A stretch of DNA of 29,485 nucleotides from Candidatus Eiseniibacteriota bacterium (lineage in GTDB: Bacteria; Eisenbacteria; RBG-16-71-46; CAIMUX01; WJJG01), in the NCBI GenBank assembly GCA_016867695.1, contig VGIY01000001.1, forward strand, positions 1 through 29,485, in the 5' to 3' direction. Both the position numbers and the translations under genes were made by a program. Each line of letters opens with the position of its first letter. Within the stretch, counting starts at the first letter, position 1. Below are positions 8,610-16,540 of this stretch, piece by piece. Under the pieces are notes generated by a model, which was given only the letters and a program-made list of their open reading frames with translations, had not been told where the DNA came from and searched no databases.

Positions 8610-8809
8610 GGTGGACCTCCTGGGATGCAAGGTGCCGCCCGCCGCGATCCTGGACCGCGGGCGGACAGGTCAGGTGTCTCACCGGAAGTATCGACGCGCG
8701 GCCGCCGGGTCTTGACCTTCGCGGCGGCTCGCCGAGAGTGCGCATGGCGAATGGCAACCTGCTCCGGGAAAGGCGGTTGCGGGCGACGGGGGATAGCCGC
8801 GGCCGGCGC

Positions 8810-9064
8810 CTAGGAGGCCTTGAGGCGGGAACGGGCGCGCGCGGGCGCCGCCGCGGGCGGGTGGACGGGCCTCACGCCCTCGGCGTAGGCGCCGCGCGGG
8901 CCCTTGCGCAACTCGAACTCGACGAGGTCGCCGGCGTGCAGCTCGACATAGCCGTCGGCGCGGACGCGATCGTGGCGCAGGAAGACGTCGCCTCCCCGCT
9001 GGCGGGCGATGAAGCCCCAGCCCGTCCGGTTGTTGAACCACTTGACGCGACCCTGCTCGATCAT
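8810..9064 (-). CDS. Cold-shock domain protein
   Basis: 84 aa. GRVKWFNNRTGWGFI (RNP1), DVF, GDLVEFE, GPRG.YA. GGAGG RBS. Confidence 0.9.
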   Translation of the reverse strand: MIEQGRVKWFNNRTGWGFIARQRGGDVFLRHDRVRADGYVELHAGDLVEFELRKGPRGAYAEGVRPVHPPAAAPARARSRLKAS

Positions 9065-9179
9065 GGCGTCCTCCAGCGGCGCCGCGCCTTCGCCGGAGAA
9101 CCCGCGCCGGCGGCGCCACTGTGCATGATCGGCCGCCGGGCCGCGTTCATGAAGGCCGGACGCGCTCGTCGAGGCGGGA

Positions 9180-10310
9180 TCAGCTCTCGATCATCTCGAC
9201 GTTGGCGCGCGGGACGACCGCCTCCTCCCCCGCCTCGAGCCGCACCTTGAGGATGCGCACCTTGGCGCCCGATTCGACCTCGATGAGCGCCGGCGGCAGT
9301 TCGGTCACCGTGCCCAGCCGCCCGAAGTAGGGGGAGCGGATGACGCGCACGGGGCTGCCGACGCGCAGGCCCTCGGCCATGTCGAAGGCCTTCTGCTGGC
9401 GCGTGCCCTGCTCCTGCGCGGTCATCGAGATGACCAGTTCGGGGCGCATGACGCCGGCGCGGATCTGGGTCGCGCCGTTGACCGAGCAGTAGCGCCCGTC
9501 GTGCTGCCCCAGCAGAGTGAAAGTGCGCTCGGCCATGGCCATGCGGCCGAAGCCCTCGGTGACGACGAGCGTCGTGCCGAGCTGCTCGCTGCCGGTGATC
9601 GCCACCCCCAGGTCGTAGCCGAGGAAGCGCTGCAGATCGGCGGCGTCGAAGCCGCCGACCACTACGGCGCGCGCCCCCCGCTGCACCGCCACGCGCAGGA
9701 CGCGCTCGGTGACCAGGGATCCGCCGACGACCACTTTGCCGGCCACATCCCCGGCGAAGTGCTTCTCGGCCAGCTCCTCGTCGGGCGAGCTGACGGCCAT
9801 GTGCACGTCGCCGTGGGTCTCGCCGCCGATGCCGAAAATGCCCTGGATGAAGGCCCCCTCGGTGCGCACGACGACACCCTGGCGCGGGATGACCTCGACC
9901 ACCTCGCCGCTGATGTAGGCGTCGATCTGCACCGGGATCGGCGGCTCGCGGATGATCACCTGCCCGGTGACCGTCGAGATGCTCTCGATGGTCCCGTCGC
10001 AGGGCGAGAGGCAGTGCGACTTGAAGAGGCCGAAGAAGCTCTTGGCCGTGGCGATCGCCTCGCCCTTGGAGACCGCCTCGCCCTCCTTCTTGAGCATGTA
10101 GTCGAGCAGGTCCTGCTGGTGCTGTCCGAGGATGCTCGCCGCCTTGATCGGCTGGACGTTGCCGGGCAAATCGGTGCGCGCCACGATCTGGTCGGCCGAG
10201 ACCTGGTCACCCTGAGCGACCAGCACCTCGCCGGCCAGCGGCAGGCGCCGCTCCTTGAGGATCGTCGTCCAGGGCGTCACCCTCAGCCCGGGGGTGTAGG
10301 CATGCGCCAC
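9180..10310 (-). CDS. Uncharacterised protein with barrel-sandwich-hybrid-like segments and a C-terminal KOW/SH3-like domain
   Basis: Track ORF 9180..10352; the start is more likely GTG 10310 (GAGGAGGAG RBS), giving MAHAYTPGL... of 376 aa. Clean high-GC coding pattern. Domain calls are by eye. Confidence 0.75.
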   Translation of the reverse strand: MAHAYTPGLRVTPWTTILKERRLPLAGEVLVAQGDQVSADQIVARTDLPGNVQPIKAASILGQHQQDLLDYMLKKEGEAVSKGEAIATAKSFFGLFKSHCLSPCDGTIESISTVTGQVIIREPPIPVQIDAYISGEVVEVIPRQGVVVRTEGAFIQGIFGIGGETHGDVHMAVSSPDEELAEKHFAGDVAGKVVVGGSLVTERVLRVAVQRGARAVVVGGFDAADLQRFLGYDLGVAITGSEQLGTTLVVTEGFGRMAMAERTFTLLGQHDGRYCSVNGATQIRAGVMRPELVISMTAQEQGTRQQKAFDMAEGLRVGSPVRVIRSPYFGRLGTVTELPPALIEVESGAKVRILKVRLEAGEEAVVPRANVEMIES

Positions 10311-10365
10311 GGTTCCACTCCTCCTCGTCGACCCTTGCGGTCGGGTTGTCATCTCGGCCGCCGGC

Positions 10366-12213
10366 TCAGGCCAGCGTGCGCGGGTCCTTGGGATAGAGAT
10401 CCATCGCCAGCGCCCACTCGGCCAGCTTGGCGATGCGCTGCTCGGGCGCCGCCGGCAGCAGGAACGGGCGCCCCCGCCCGTCGAAGATCAGCCCGACCAC
10501 GCCCCCCTGGACCGTGCGGCGCAGCGCCTTGCCCCGCCCCGCGCCGAGGTCGAAGCCGCCGGCCGGCTCGACCGTGATCTCCGCCTTCTCGCCCACGCCG
10601 AGGGCGACGCGGCGCAGCCCCCCGAAGGGCACCTCGAACTCCTCGGCGGGCCGACCGTCGGCGAAGGCGACGCGCGCCTTCATGCAGCGCGCCCCCTCCT
10701 TGGCCAGCCCCACCGCCGCCACGGCGGTGCCGAGCCGGATCAGGCAGTCGTGGACGAAGACCTCGGTGGCCGCCTTCTTCGCCGACTCGTTGTCGACCTC
10801 GGCCAACACGCCGAGTTGGGGCATCATGAAGATCGAGTCGACGGCCAGCTCGGTGACGCCCTCGGGCACGAAGGCGTCGAGCATCATCATCGCCCCCTGC
10901 ACGCGGCGCGGCGCGTGGGAGAGCGCTCCGCCGCTGCCGACCAGCAGGTCGAGCTTCATCAGGTCGATCAGCGTCTCGCCGGTCGAGGTCTGCTCGAAGG
11001 TGTCCGAGATCGTGCGCTCCTGCTGCACGCCCTTCAGCCCCACGGCCAGCGACTTGTGCTGTTCGAAGGCGAGCCGCAGCGCCTCGCGCGCCAGCGCCTG
11101 CTCGATGACCAGCTCCTGCAGCGACTGGGGGATCGTCGTCGGGCGGATCATCTTGTTCTTGATCCGGTTGCGGATCTCGTCGTCGGCCATGTTGAAGGGG
11201 ACCCAGCGCATCACGTTGGGCAGGGTCGCCTCGGCGAGGACGTTGGAGACCGAGTAGCTCATCCCCAGGTTGGCGCTGACGGTGCGGTTGAAGACATCCT
11301 CGAAGACGCTGAAGACGTCCGTCGTCGCCCCGCCGATGTCGACCCCGATGACGGTGATCCCCTCCCGCTTGGCGATCGTGTGGATGATCGAGCCGACCGC
11401 CCCGGGGGTCGGCATGACCGGAATCGGCGTCCACTCCATCAGCTTCTTGTAGCCGGGCGCGTGGGCCATCACATGCTCCATGAACAGGTCATGGATGGCG
11501 TGGCGCGCGGGCATCAGGTTCTCCCGCTCCATCGTCGGGCGGATGTTGTCGGTGATCATCAGCGCGGTCTTCTCCGCCAGCCGCTCGCGGATCAGCTCGC
11601 GCGCCTCCTTGTTGCCGGCGTAGATGACCGGCATCTGGTAGGAGGCGCCGAGGCGCGCCTTGGGGTCGGCCGCGGCGACGATCTCGGCCAGCTCGACGAC
11701 GTGGGTGGTCGTGCCCCCGTCGATGCCCCCGGAGAGCAGGACCATGTCCGGGCGCAGGTCGCGGATGCGGCGGATCTTCTCGTGCGGCAGCCGCCCGTCG
11801 TTGCTGGCGATGATGTCCATGACGATCGCCCCGGCGCCCAGGGCGGCCCGCTCGGCGCTCTCGCCGGTCATCGACTTGACCACGCCGGTGACCATCATCT
11901 GCAGCCCCCCCCCGGCGCTGGAGGTGGAGACGTAGATGTCCACCCCCTCCCGGCCCTCCTGGGGGGTGATGATCCGCTCGCCGTCGAGCAGCTTGCGGCC
12001 GGCCAGCTCCTCGACCTCCATGACCGCGTTGAGCACCCCGCGGGTGACGTCCTCGAAGGGCGCCTCCACGGTCGTCGGCGCCTCTCCGCGCACCACCAGG
12101 CGATAGCGCCCGTCGCGCAGCTCGATGAGGATCGCCTTGGTCGTCGTCGAACCGCAGTCGGTGGCCAGCACCGAGCGGATGTTCATCGCCTTCAAGTCCT
12201 GGGCAGCACTCAT
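10366..12213 (-). CDS. GlmL/MutL (glutamate mutase L)-like ASKHA-fold ATPase with a C-terminal extension
   Basis: True start ATG 12213 overlaps the upstream stop (ATGA); 615 aa. LATDCGSTTTK (phosphate 1), GEAPTTVE, SSAGGGL, GGIDGG, PTPGAV, VDIGGATTDVFS (phosphate 2), RTVSANLGMSYS, GSGGALSH are typical of the GlmL family. The first ~313 aa of the track ORF are an out-of-frame read of the upstream genes. Confidence 0.85.
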   Translation of the reverse strand: MSAAQDLKAMNIRSVLATDCGSTTTKAILIELRDGRYRLVVRGEAPTTVEAPFEDVTRGVLNAVMEVEELAGRKLLDGERIITPQEGREGVDIYVSTSSAGGGLQMMVTGVVKSMTGESAERAALGAGAIVMDIIASNDGRLPHEKIRRIRDLRPDMVLLSGGIDGGTTTHVVELAEIVAAADPKARLGASYQMPVIYAGNKEARELIRERLAEKTALMITDNIRPTMERENLMPARHAIHDLFMEHVMAHAPGYKKLMEWTPIPVMPTPGAVGSIIHTIAKREGITVIGVDIGGATTDVFSVFEDVFNRTVSANLGMSYSVSNVLAEATLPNVMRWVPFNMADDEIRNRIKNKMIRPTTIPQSLQELVIEQALAREALRLAFEQHKSLAVGLKGVQQERTISDTFEQTSTGETLIDLMKLDLLVGSGGALSHAPRRVQGAMMMLDAFVPEGVTELAVDSIFMMPQLGVLAEVDNESAKKAATEVFVHDCLIRLGTAVAAVGLAKEGARCMKARVAFADGRPAEEFEVPFGGLRRVALGVGEKAEITVEPAGGFDLGAGRGKALRRTVQGGVVGLIFDGRGRPFLLPAAPEQRIAKLAEWALAMDLYPKDPRTLA

Positions 12214-12680
12214 GCCTTCTCCCCGCTCCCTCCCGGCGGCTCCGCCCCCGCGGCGGCCCCGCGCCGTGCCTTGTCCTCGGCCTGGCGGCGCTTGCGCTCC
12301 TGCTTCTCCCGCTTCTCGCGCAGGCGCAGCTCCTCGTCCAGCGCCTCGACGCGCTGGATCAGCCGTTCGAAGTTCTTCCGGTCCTCCATCAGATGGGCGA
12401 AGCGCCGGTAGCTGCCCACCGAGAGGAAGGCCTCGACGAACGGCTGCAGGAAAACGAGCGCCTGGCTGCCGACGAAGGAGAGCGGCTTGACCGACTCGAG
12501 GAAGAAGACCGCCGCCACCCCCAGGCGCATGCGCACGAGCCGCCCGGCGACGGCGTCGAGCAGCTGCTCGTCGCTCATCTCGGCCGGCGGCGCCGGCTCG
12601 CCCGGCCCGCCCGCTCCGGCGAGGCGGCCGCCCGGCGGTGCGGCCTCGAGGGGGTTGGCGGATCGCCTCCAGAAGGACAT
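12210..12680 (-). CDS. Hypothetical protein with a hydrophobic/amphipathic core and a charged coiled-coil-like tail
   Basis: 156 aa. GGAG RBS; ATG 3 nt after the previous stop; its stop overlaps the GlmL-like ATG. Core AVFFLESVKPLSFVGSQALVFLQPFVEAF. Confidence 0.8.
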   Translation of the reverse strand: MSFWRRSANPLEAAPPGGRLAGAGGPGEPAPPAEMSDEQLLDAVAGRLVRMRLGVAAVFFLESVKPLSFVGSQALVFLQPFVEAFLSVGSYRRFAHLMEDRKNFERLIQRVEALDEELRLREKREKQERKRRQAEDKARRGAAAGAEPPGGSGEKA

Positions 12681-12683
12681 GCC

Positions 12684-13202
12684 CTACTCCCCCGCTCCGG
12701 CGGCGGGCCGCGCGCCGCCCGCCTCGCTCTTGAGACCGTGGAACTCGACCCGCTCCGGGTCGAGGCGCTCCCGGAGCCAGCTCCGCAGCTCCTCCGCGCC
12801 CGGCCCGCCCCGGGCGGGCAGGCGCAGGCGGATCCCCCGGTAGCTCTCCAGCCAATGGCGGCGCGCGAAGGGGCTGAGCGTCACCCCGTAGCCGTCGCAC
12901 CAGGCGCTGCGGAAGGCGTCCCAGGAGCGCTCGGCGCGCGAGAAGGGCTTGCGCACGATGATCCCCGCCGCGCGCAGCTCGTAGGTCGTCGGCAGGAAGA
13001 AGCTCTCCAGCGACAGGAAGAGGACGAGGAAGGCGAAGACCCCCCAGTAGGCGCCGCCCATCCAGAACCCGGTCAGGACCGCCATGGCCAGCATGAGCAG
13101 CGTCACGCCGGCGGCCACGCCGCGGCGCTCGGCCGCCGGGTGCGTCCGCCAATCGAGGCCGGCGGGCTCTTCCCGGGCCTGTTGGGCGCTCTCGGGCCTC
13201 AT
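12684..13202 (-). CDS. Hypothetical membrane protein (two TM helices plus a beta-rich cytoplasmic domain, possibly PH-like)
   Basis: 172 aa. ATG overlaps the gcvPB stop (ATGA). Hydrophobic segments VAAGVTLLMLAMAVLTGFW and YWGVFAFLVLFLSL, then FFLPTTYEL...VTLSPF...YRGIRL. Confidence 0.8.
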   Translation of the reverse strand: MRPESAQQAREEPAGLDWRTHPAAERRGVAAGVTLLMLAMAVLTGFWMGGAYWGVFAFLVLFLSLESFFLPTTYELRAAGIIVRKPFSRAERSWDAFRSAWCDGYGVTLSPFARRHWLESYRGIRLRLPARGGPGAEELRSWLRERLDPERVEFHGLKSEAGGARPAAGAGE

Positions 13203-14728
13203 CCCTCGCTCGCCCCCTCGTCGAACCGGCAGCGGACCTTCAACCGCCGGGCCGCCTCCGCCTCGTCGAGCCGCCCGACGCAGGTGCAGCTCGGCGCGGC
13301 GCGCACGACCGCGGGCCGCTCGCGGACCTCGGCGGCGATCGCCCGCATGGCGGCGGCGAAGGCGTCCAGGCCGGCGCGGGTCTCCGTCTCGGTCGGCTCG
13401 ATCATCAGCGCGTCGGGCACGATCAGCGGGAAGGAGACGGTCGGCGAGTGGAACCCGTAGTCGAGGAGCCGCTTGGCGACGTCGATGTTGCGCACCTCGT
13501 GCTTGCGCGTCCAGGCGGCGCTGGAGACGAACTCGTGCATGCAGGGGCCCGGCTTGGCCGCGGGGAAGTCCTCGGCCACCCGGCGCATGAGGTAGTTGGC
13601 GTTGACCAGCGCCGCGCGGCTGGCCGCGGCCAGCCCCTCGCCCCCCATCCTGCGGATGTAGGCGTAGGCGCGCAGGATCACCCCGACATTGCCGCCGAAC
13701 GGGTGCAGCCTGCCGACGCTCTCCGGCCGCTCCTCGACCAGCCGGAAGCGATCGCCGTCGCGCTCGATCACCGGCACCGGCAGAAAGGGGGCCAGCTTCG
13801 CCTTCACGCCGACCGGCCCCGCCCCCGGGCCGCCGCCGCCGTGCGGCGTGGAGAAGGTCTTGTGCAGGTTCATGTGCACCATGTCGACGCCCATGTCCCC
13901 CGGCCGCGACAAGCCCATCAGCGCGTTCAGGTTGGCGCCGTCCATGTAGACCAGGCCGTCGACGGCGTGGATGCGCGCGGCGATCTCGTCGATCTCGGTC
14001 TCGAAGATCCCCAGCGTGTTCGGATTGGTGATCATGATCCCGGCGGTCGAGTTGTCGATGGCCGCGGCCAGCGCCTGGAGATCGACCCGGCCGTCGGCGC
14101 GCGAGGGGATCTGCCGCGGCTCGAAGCCGGCGAAGACGACGCTGGCGGGATTGGTGCCGTGGGCCGAGTCGGGGATGAGCACCGTGCGCTTGTCCGCCCC
14201 CCGGCTCCGCAGGTAGGCGCGCAGCAGCTTCATCCCAAGCAGCTCGCCCTGCGCGCCCGCGGCGGGCTGCAGGCTGACGGCGTCCATGCCGACGATCTCG
14301 GCCAGCGCCCGCTCGGTCGACCAGAGCAGCTCGAGCAGACCCTGGAGGAGCGCCTCGGGCGCCTCGGGGTGGAGCCCGGCGAAGCCGGGATGGCGCGCCA
14401 GCTCCTCGTTGACCTTCGGGTTGTACTTCATCGTGCAGGAGCCGAGCGGGTAGAGGCTGCGGTCCACATGGTGGTTGAAGAGCGAGAGGGCGACGTAGTG
14501 GCGCGCGACCTCCGGCTCGGTCACCTCGGGCAGGCGCGGCGGCCGGCGGCGGAGCAGCGGCCCGGGAATGAGGGCCGCCGGATCGGCCGCGGGCACATCC
14601 AGCGCGGGGAAGCGGTAGCCGCGGTGCCCGCTGACGCTGCGCTCGAAGATCAGGCGCACGGGACCCGTGGCGCTGCAGGCCGAGCAGGACGAGGCGCCCC
14701 GCTCGGCCGCGGTGGACTGGGCGTGCAT
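13199..14728 (-). CDS. gcvPB: Glycine dehydrogenase (decarboxylating) subunit 2, P protein beta
   Basis: Start ATG 14728 with GGAGGG RBS; 509 aa. LIFERS, YPLGSCTMKYNP, QPAAGAQGE, SAHGTNPAS, PLP-lysine motif NLHKTFSTPHGGGGPG, MIEPTETE. Confidence 0.96.
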   Translation of the reverse strand: MHAQSTAAERGASSCSACSATGPVRLIFERSVSGHRGYRFPALDVPAADPAALIPGPLLRRRPPRLPEVTEPEVARHYVALSLFNHHVDRSLYPLGSCTMKYNPKVNEELARHPGFAGLHPEAPEALLQGLLELLWSTERALAEIVGMDAVSLQPAAGAQGELLGMKLLRAYLRSRGADKRTVLIPDSAHGTNPASVVFAGFEPRQIPSRADGRVDLQALAAAIDNSTAGIMITNPNTLGIFETEIDEIAARIHAVDGLVYMDGANLNALMGLSRPGDMGVDMVHMNLHKTFSTPHGGGGPGAGPVGVKAKLAPFLPVPVIERDGDRFRLVEERPESVGRLHPFGGNVGVILRAYAYIRRMGGEGLAAASRAALVNANYLMRRVAEDFPAAKPGPCMHEFVSSAAWTRKHEVRNIDVAKRLLDYGFHSPTVSFPLIVPDALMIEPTETETRAGLDAFAAAMRAIAAEVRERPAVVRAAPSCTCVGRLDEAEAARRLKVRCRFDEGASEG

Positions 14729-14748
14729 GCTCGGGATGCCCTCCGCTG

Positions 14749-16116
14749 CTAGGCCAGCGCGCGCGCCAGGGCGTCGCGCAGGCGGTCGATCTCTTCCCGG
14801 CTGCGTCGCTCGGTCACGGCGACGAGCAGCTCGTGCGTGCGCTCGCGGTGGGCCGCGTAGCGCGCCAGCGGGATCCCCGCCAGGATCCGCTCCTCGGCGT
14901 AGACCCGCGCCACGACCTCCTCGGCCGGGCGGGGCAGGCGCAGGACGAACTCGCGGAAGAAGGGCCCCTCGTGCGCCCGGCCGACGCCGGGAAGCGCCAG
15001 CAGCCGTTCCAGCGCGTAGTGGGAGCGCGCCAGGCACTGCTCGGCGGCCTGGCGGAGCCCGGCGGGGCCGACGAGCGACAGGTAGATCGTCGCCCGCAGG
15101 GCGATGAGCGCGCTGTTCGTGCAGATGTTCGAGGTCGCCTTCTCGCGGCGGATGTGCTGCTCGCGCGTCTGCAGCGTGAGCGTGAAGCCGCGCCGCCCGG
15201 CGGCGTCGCTCGCCTCGGCCGCCAGCCGCCCCGGCAGCCTGCGCACCCAGGCCTGCCGCGTGGCGAAGTAGCCGGCCGTCGGGCCGCCCCCCTGGGGCGC
15301 GATCCCGAGCGGCTGCACGTCGCCGACGACCGTCTCGGCGCCCAGCTCTCCGGGCGGGACGAGCAGCCCCAGCGAGAGCGGATCGGCGGAGACGACGAGG
15401 TGGCCGCGGCGCGTCCCCTGGCCGGGCAGCAGCCCCCCCAGGCGGTCGAGCGGCTCGAGCAGGCCGAAGAAGTTGGGCTGCTGGACGAGCAGCGCCGCCG
15501 GGGCGGGCCCCGCCGCCGCCGCCCGGACGACCGCCTGGGGATCGATCCGCCCCAGCGGCGCCGGCAGCGTCTCGACGGCGATCCCGGTGCCGTCCAGCGT
15601 CGTCGCCACGACCTCGCGGATGCGCGGGCCCACGCTCTCGGCCACCAGCACGCGCCGCTGCCCGGTCGCCGCGGCGGCCAGCAGCAGCGCCTCGGCCGCC
15701 GCCGAGGCGCCCTCGTACATCGAGGCGTTGGCGACGTCCAGGCCGGTCAGCTCGCAGATCATCGTCTGGAATTCGAAGATCCCGGCGAGGGTCCCCTGGG
15801 CCACCTCGGGCTGGTAGGGCGTGTAGGCGGTCATGAACTCGGGGCGCGAGACGAGCGCGTCGATCAAGGCCGGCACGGCGTGGTCGTAGAGCCCGCCGCC
15901 GAGGAAGGAGGGCGAGTCGGCGGGCGCGTAGTTGCCCGCGGACAGGCGCTGAAACAGCCGGCGCAGCTCCTCCTCGCCGAGCGCCTGCGGAAGCTCCAGC
16001 GGGCGCCCCAGGCGCAGCCGCTGCGGAATCTGCTCGGCCAGCGCCGCGAACCCTCCGGCGCCGACCTCGGCGAGCATGCGCTCGCCCTCCTCGGGCGTGT
16101 GTCCGATGTAGCTCAC
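14749..16116 (-). CDS. gcvPA: Glycine dehydrogenase (decarboxylating) subunit 1, P protein alpha
   Basis: GTG 16116 overlaps the gcvH stop (GTGA); 455 aa. FLGGGLYDH, TAYTPYQPEVAQG, ANASMYEGA, LQTREQHIRREKATSNICTN. Confidence 0.96.
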   Translation of the reverse strand: MSYIGHTPEEGERMLAEVGAGGFAALAEQIPQRLRLGRPLELPQALGEEELRRLFQRLSAGNYAPADSPSFLGGGLYDHAVPALIDALVSRPEFMTAYTPYQPEVAQGTLAGIFEFQTMICELTGLDVANASMYEGASAAAEALLLAAAATGQRRVLVAESVGPRIREVVATTLDGTGIAVETLPAPLGRIDPQAVVRAAAAGPAPAALLVQQPNFFGLLEPLDRLGGLLPGQGTRRGHLVVSADPLSLGLLVPPGELGAETVVGDVQPLGIAPQGGGPTAGYFATRQAWVRRLPGRLAAEASDAAGRRGFTLTLQTREQHIRREKATSNICTNSALIALRATIYLSLVGPAGLRQAAEQCLARSHYALERLLALPGVGRAHEGPFFREFVLRLPRPAEEVVARVYAEERILAGIPLARYAAHRERTHELLVAVTERRSREEIDRLRDALARALA

Positions 16117-16511
16117 TCGGCCGCCCCCTCGAGCTCGCTGAGCAGCTTGCGGTAGTCGGCCGGCGAGAGCAGCCGGTCGAGCTCGCCCGCGTCGCCCACG
16201 GCGAGGCGCACCATCCAGCCATCGTCGAAGGCGGAGCGGTTGACCAGCGCCGGGTCGTCGGCCAGCGCCTCGTTGACCGCCCGCACCTCGCCGCTCAGCG
16301 GCGCGTAGAGGTCGGCCACCGCCTTGACCGCCTCGACCGAGCCGAAGGGCTCGCCCTGGCGCAGCGCGCCGCCCGCGGCGGGCAGCTCGACGTAGACGAT
16401 GTCGCTCAACTGCTCCTGGGCGTAGTCGGTGATGCCGATCACCGCCTCGCCGCCCTCGACGCGGACCCACTCGTGGTCTCTCGAGTAGCGCAGCCCGTCG
16501 CGCACCTCCAT
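16113..16511 (-). CDS. gcvH: Glycine cleavage system H protein
   Basis: Start ATG 16511 with GGAGGT RBS; 132 aa. YSRDHEWV, IGITDYAQ, DIVYVELP, lipoyl-lysine motif GSVEAVKAV, N.ALADDP.LVN, GWM. Confidence 0.96.
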   Translation of the reverse strand: MEVRDGLRYSRDHEWVRVEGGEAVIGITDYAQEQLSDIVYVELPAAGGALRQGEPFGSVEAVKAVADLYAPLSGEVRAVNEALADDPALVNRSAFDDGWMVRLAVGDAGELDRLLSPADYRKLLSELEGAAE

Positions 16512-16540
16512 CCCGGCACCTCCCTCGCCCGGCTCCGGCG

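Noticed and set aside
9990-10092. A true lipoyl or biotin attachment site in the 376-aa protein
   Set aside because: No E-x-x-K or MKM/DKA motif at the hairpin; kept only as a fold-level resemblance.
10366-12213. Calling the ATPase a DNA mismatch-repair MutL, or inferring a glutamate mutase pathway
   Set aside because: The motifs are ASKHA, not GHKL; the shared MutL name is coincidental. No mutase subunits are in the window.
12214-13152. Apparent 313-aa N-terminal extension of the GlmL-like ORF; similar extensions on gcvPB, gcvPA, gcvH and the TPR protein
   Set aside because: They overlap genuine upstream genes in other frames. Internal starts with RBSs and ATGA/GTGA overlaps explain the layout better, so these are not real fusions.
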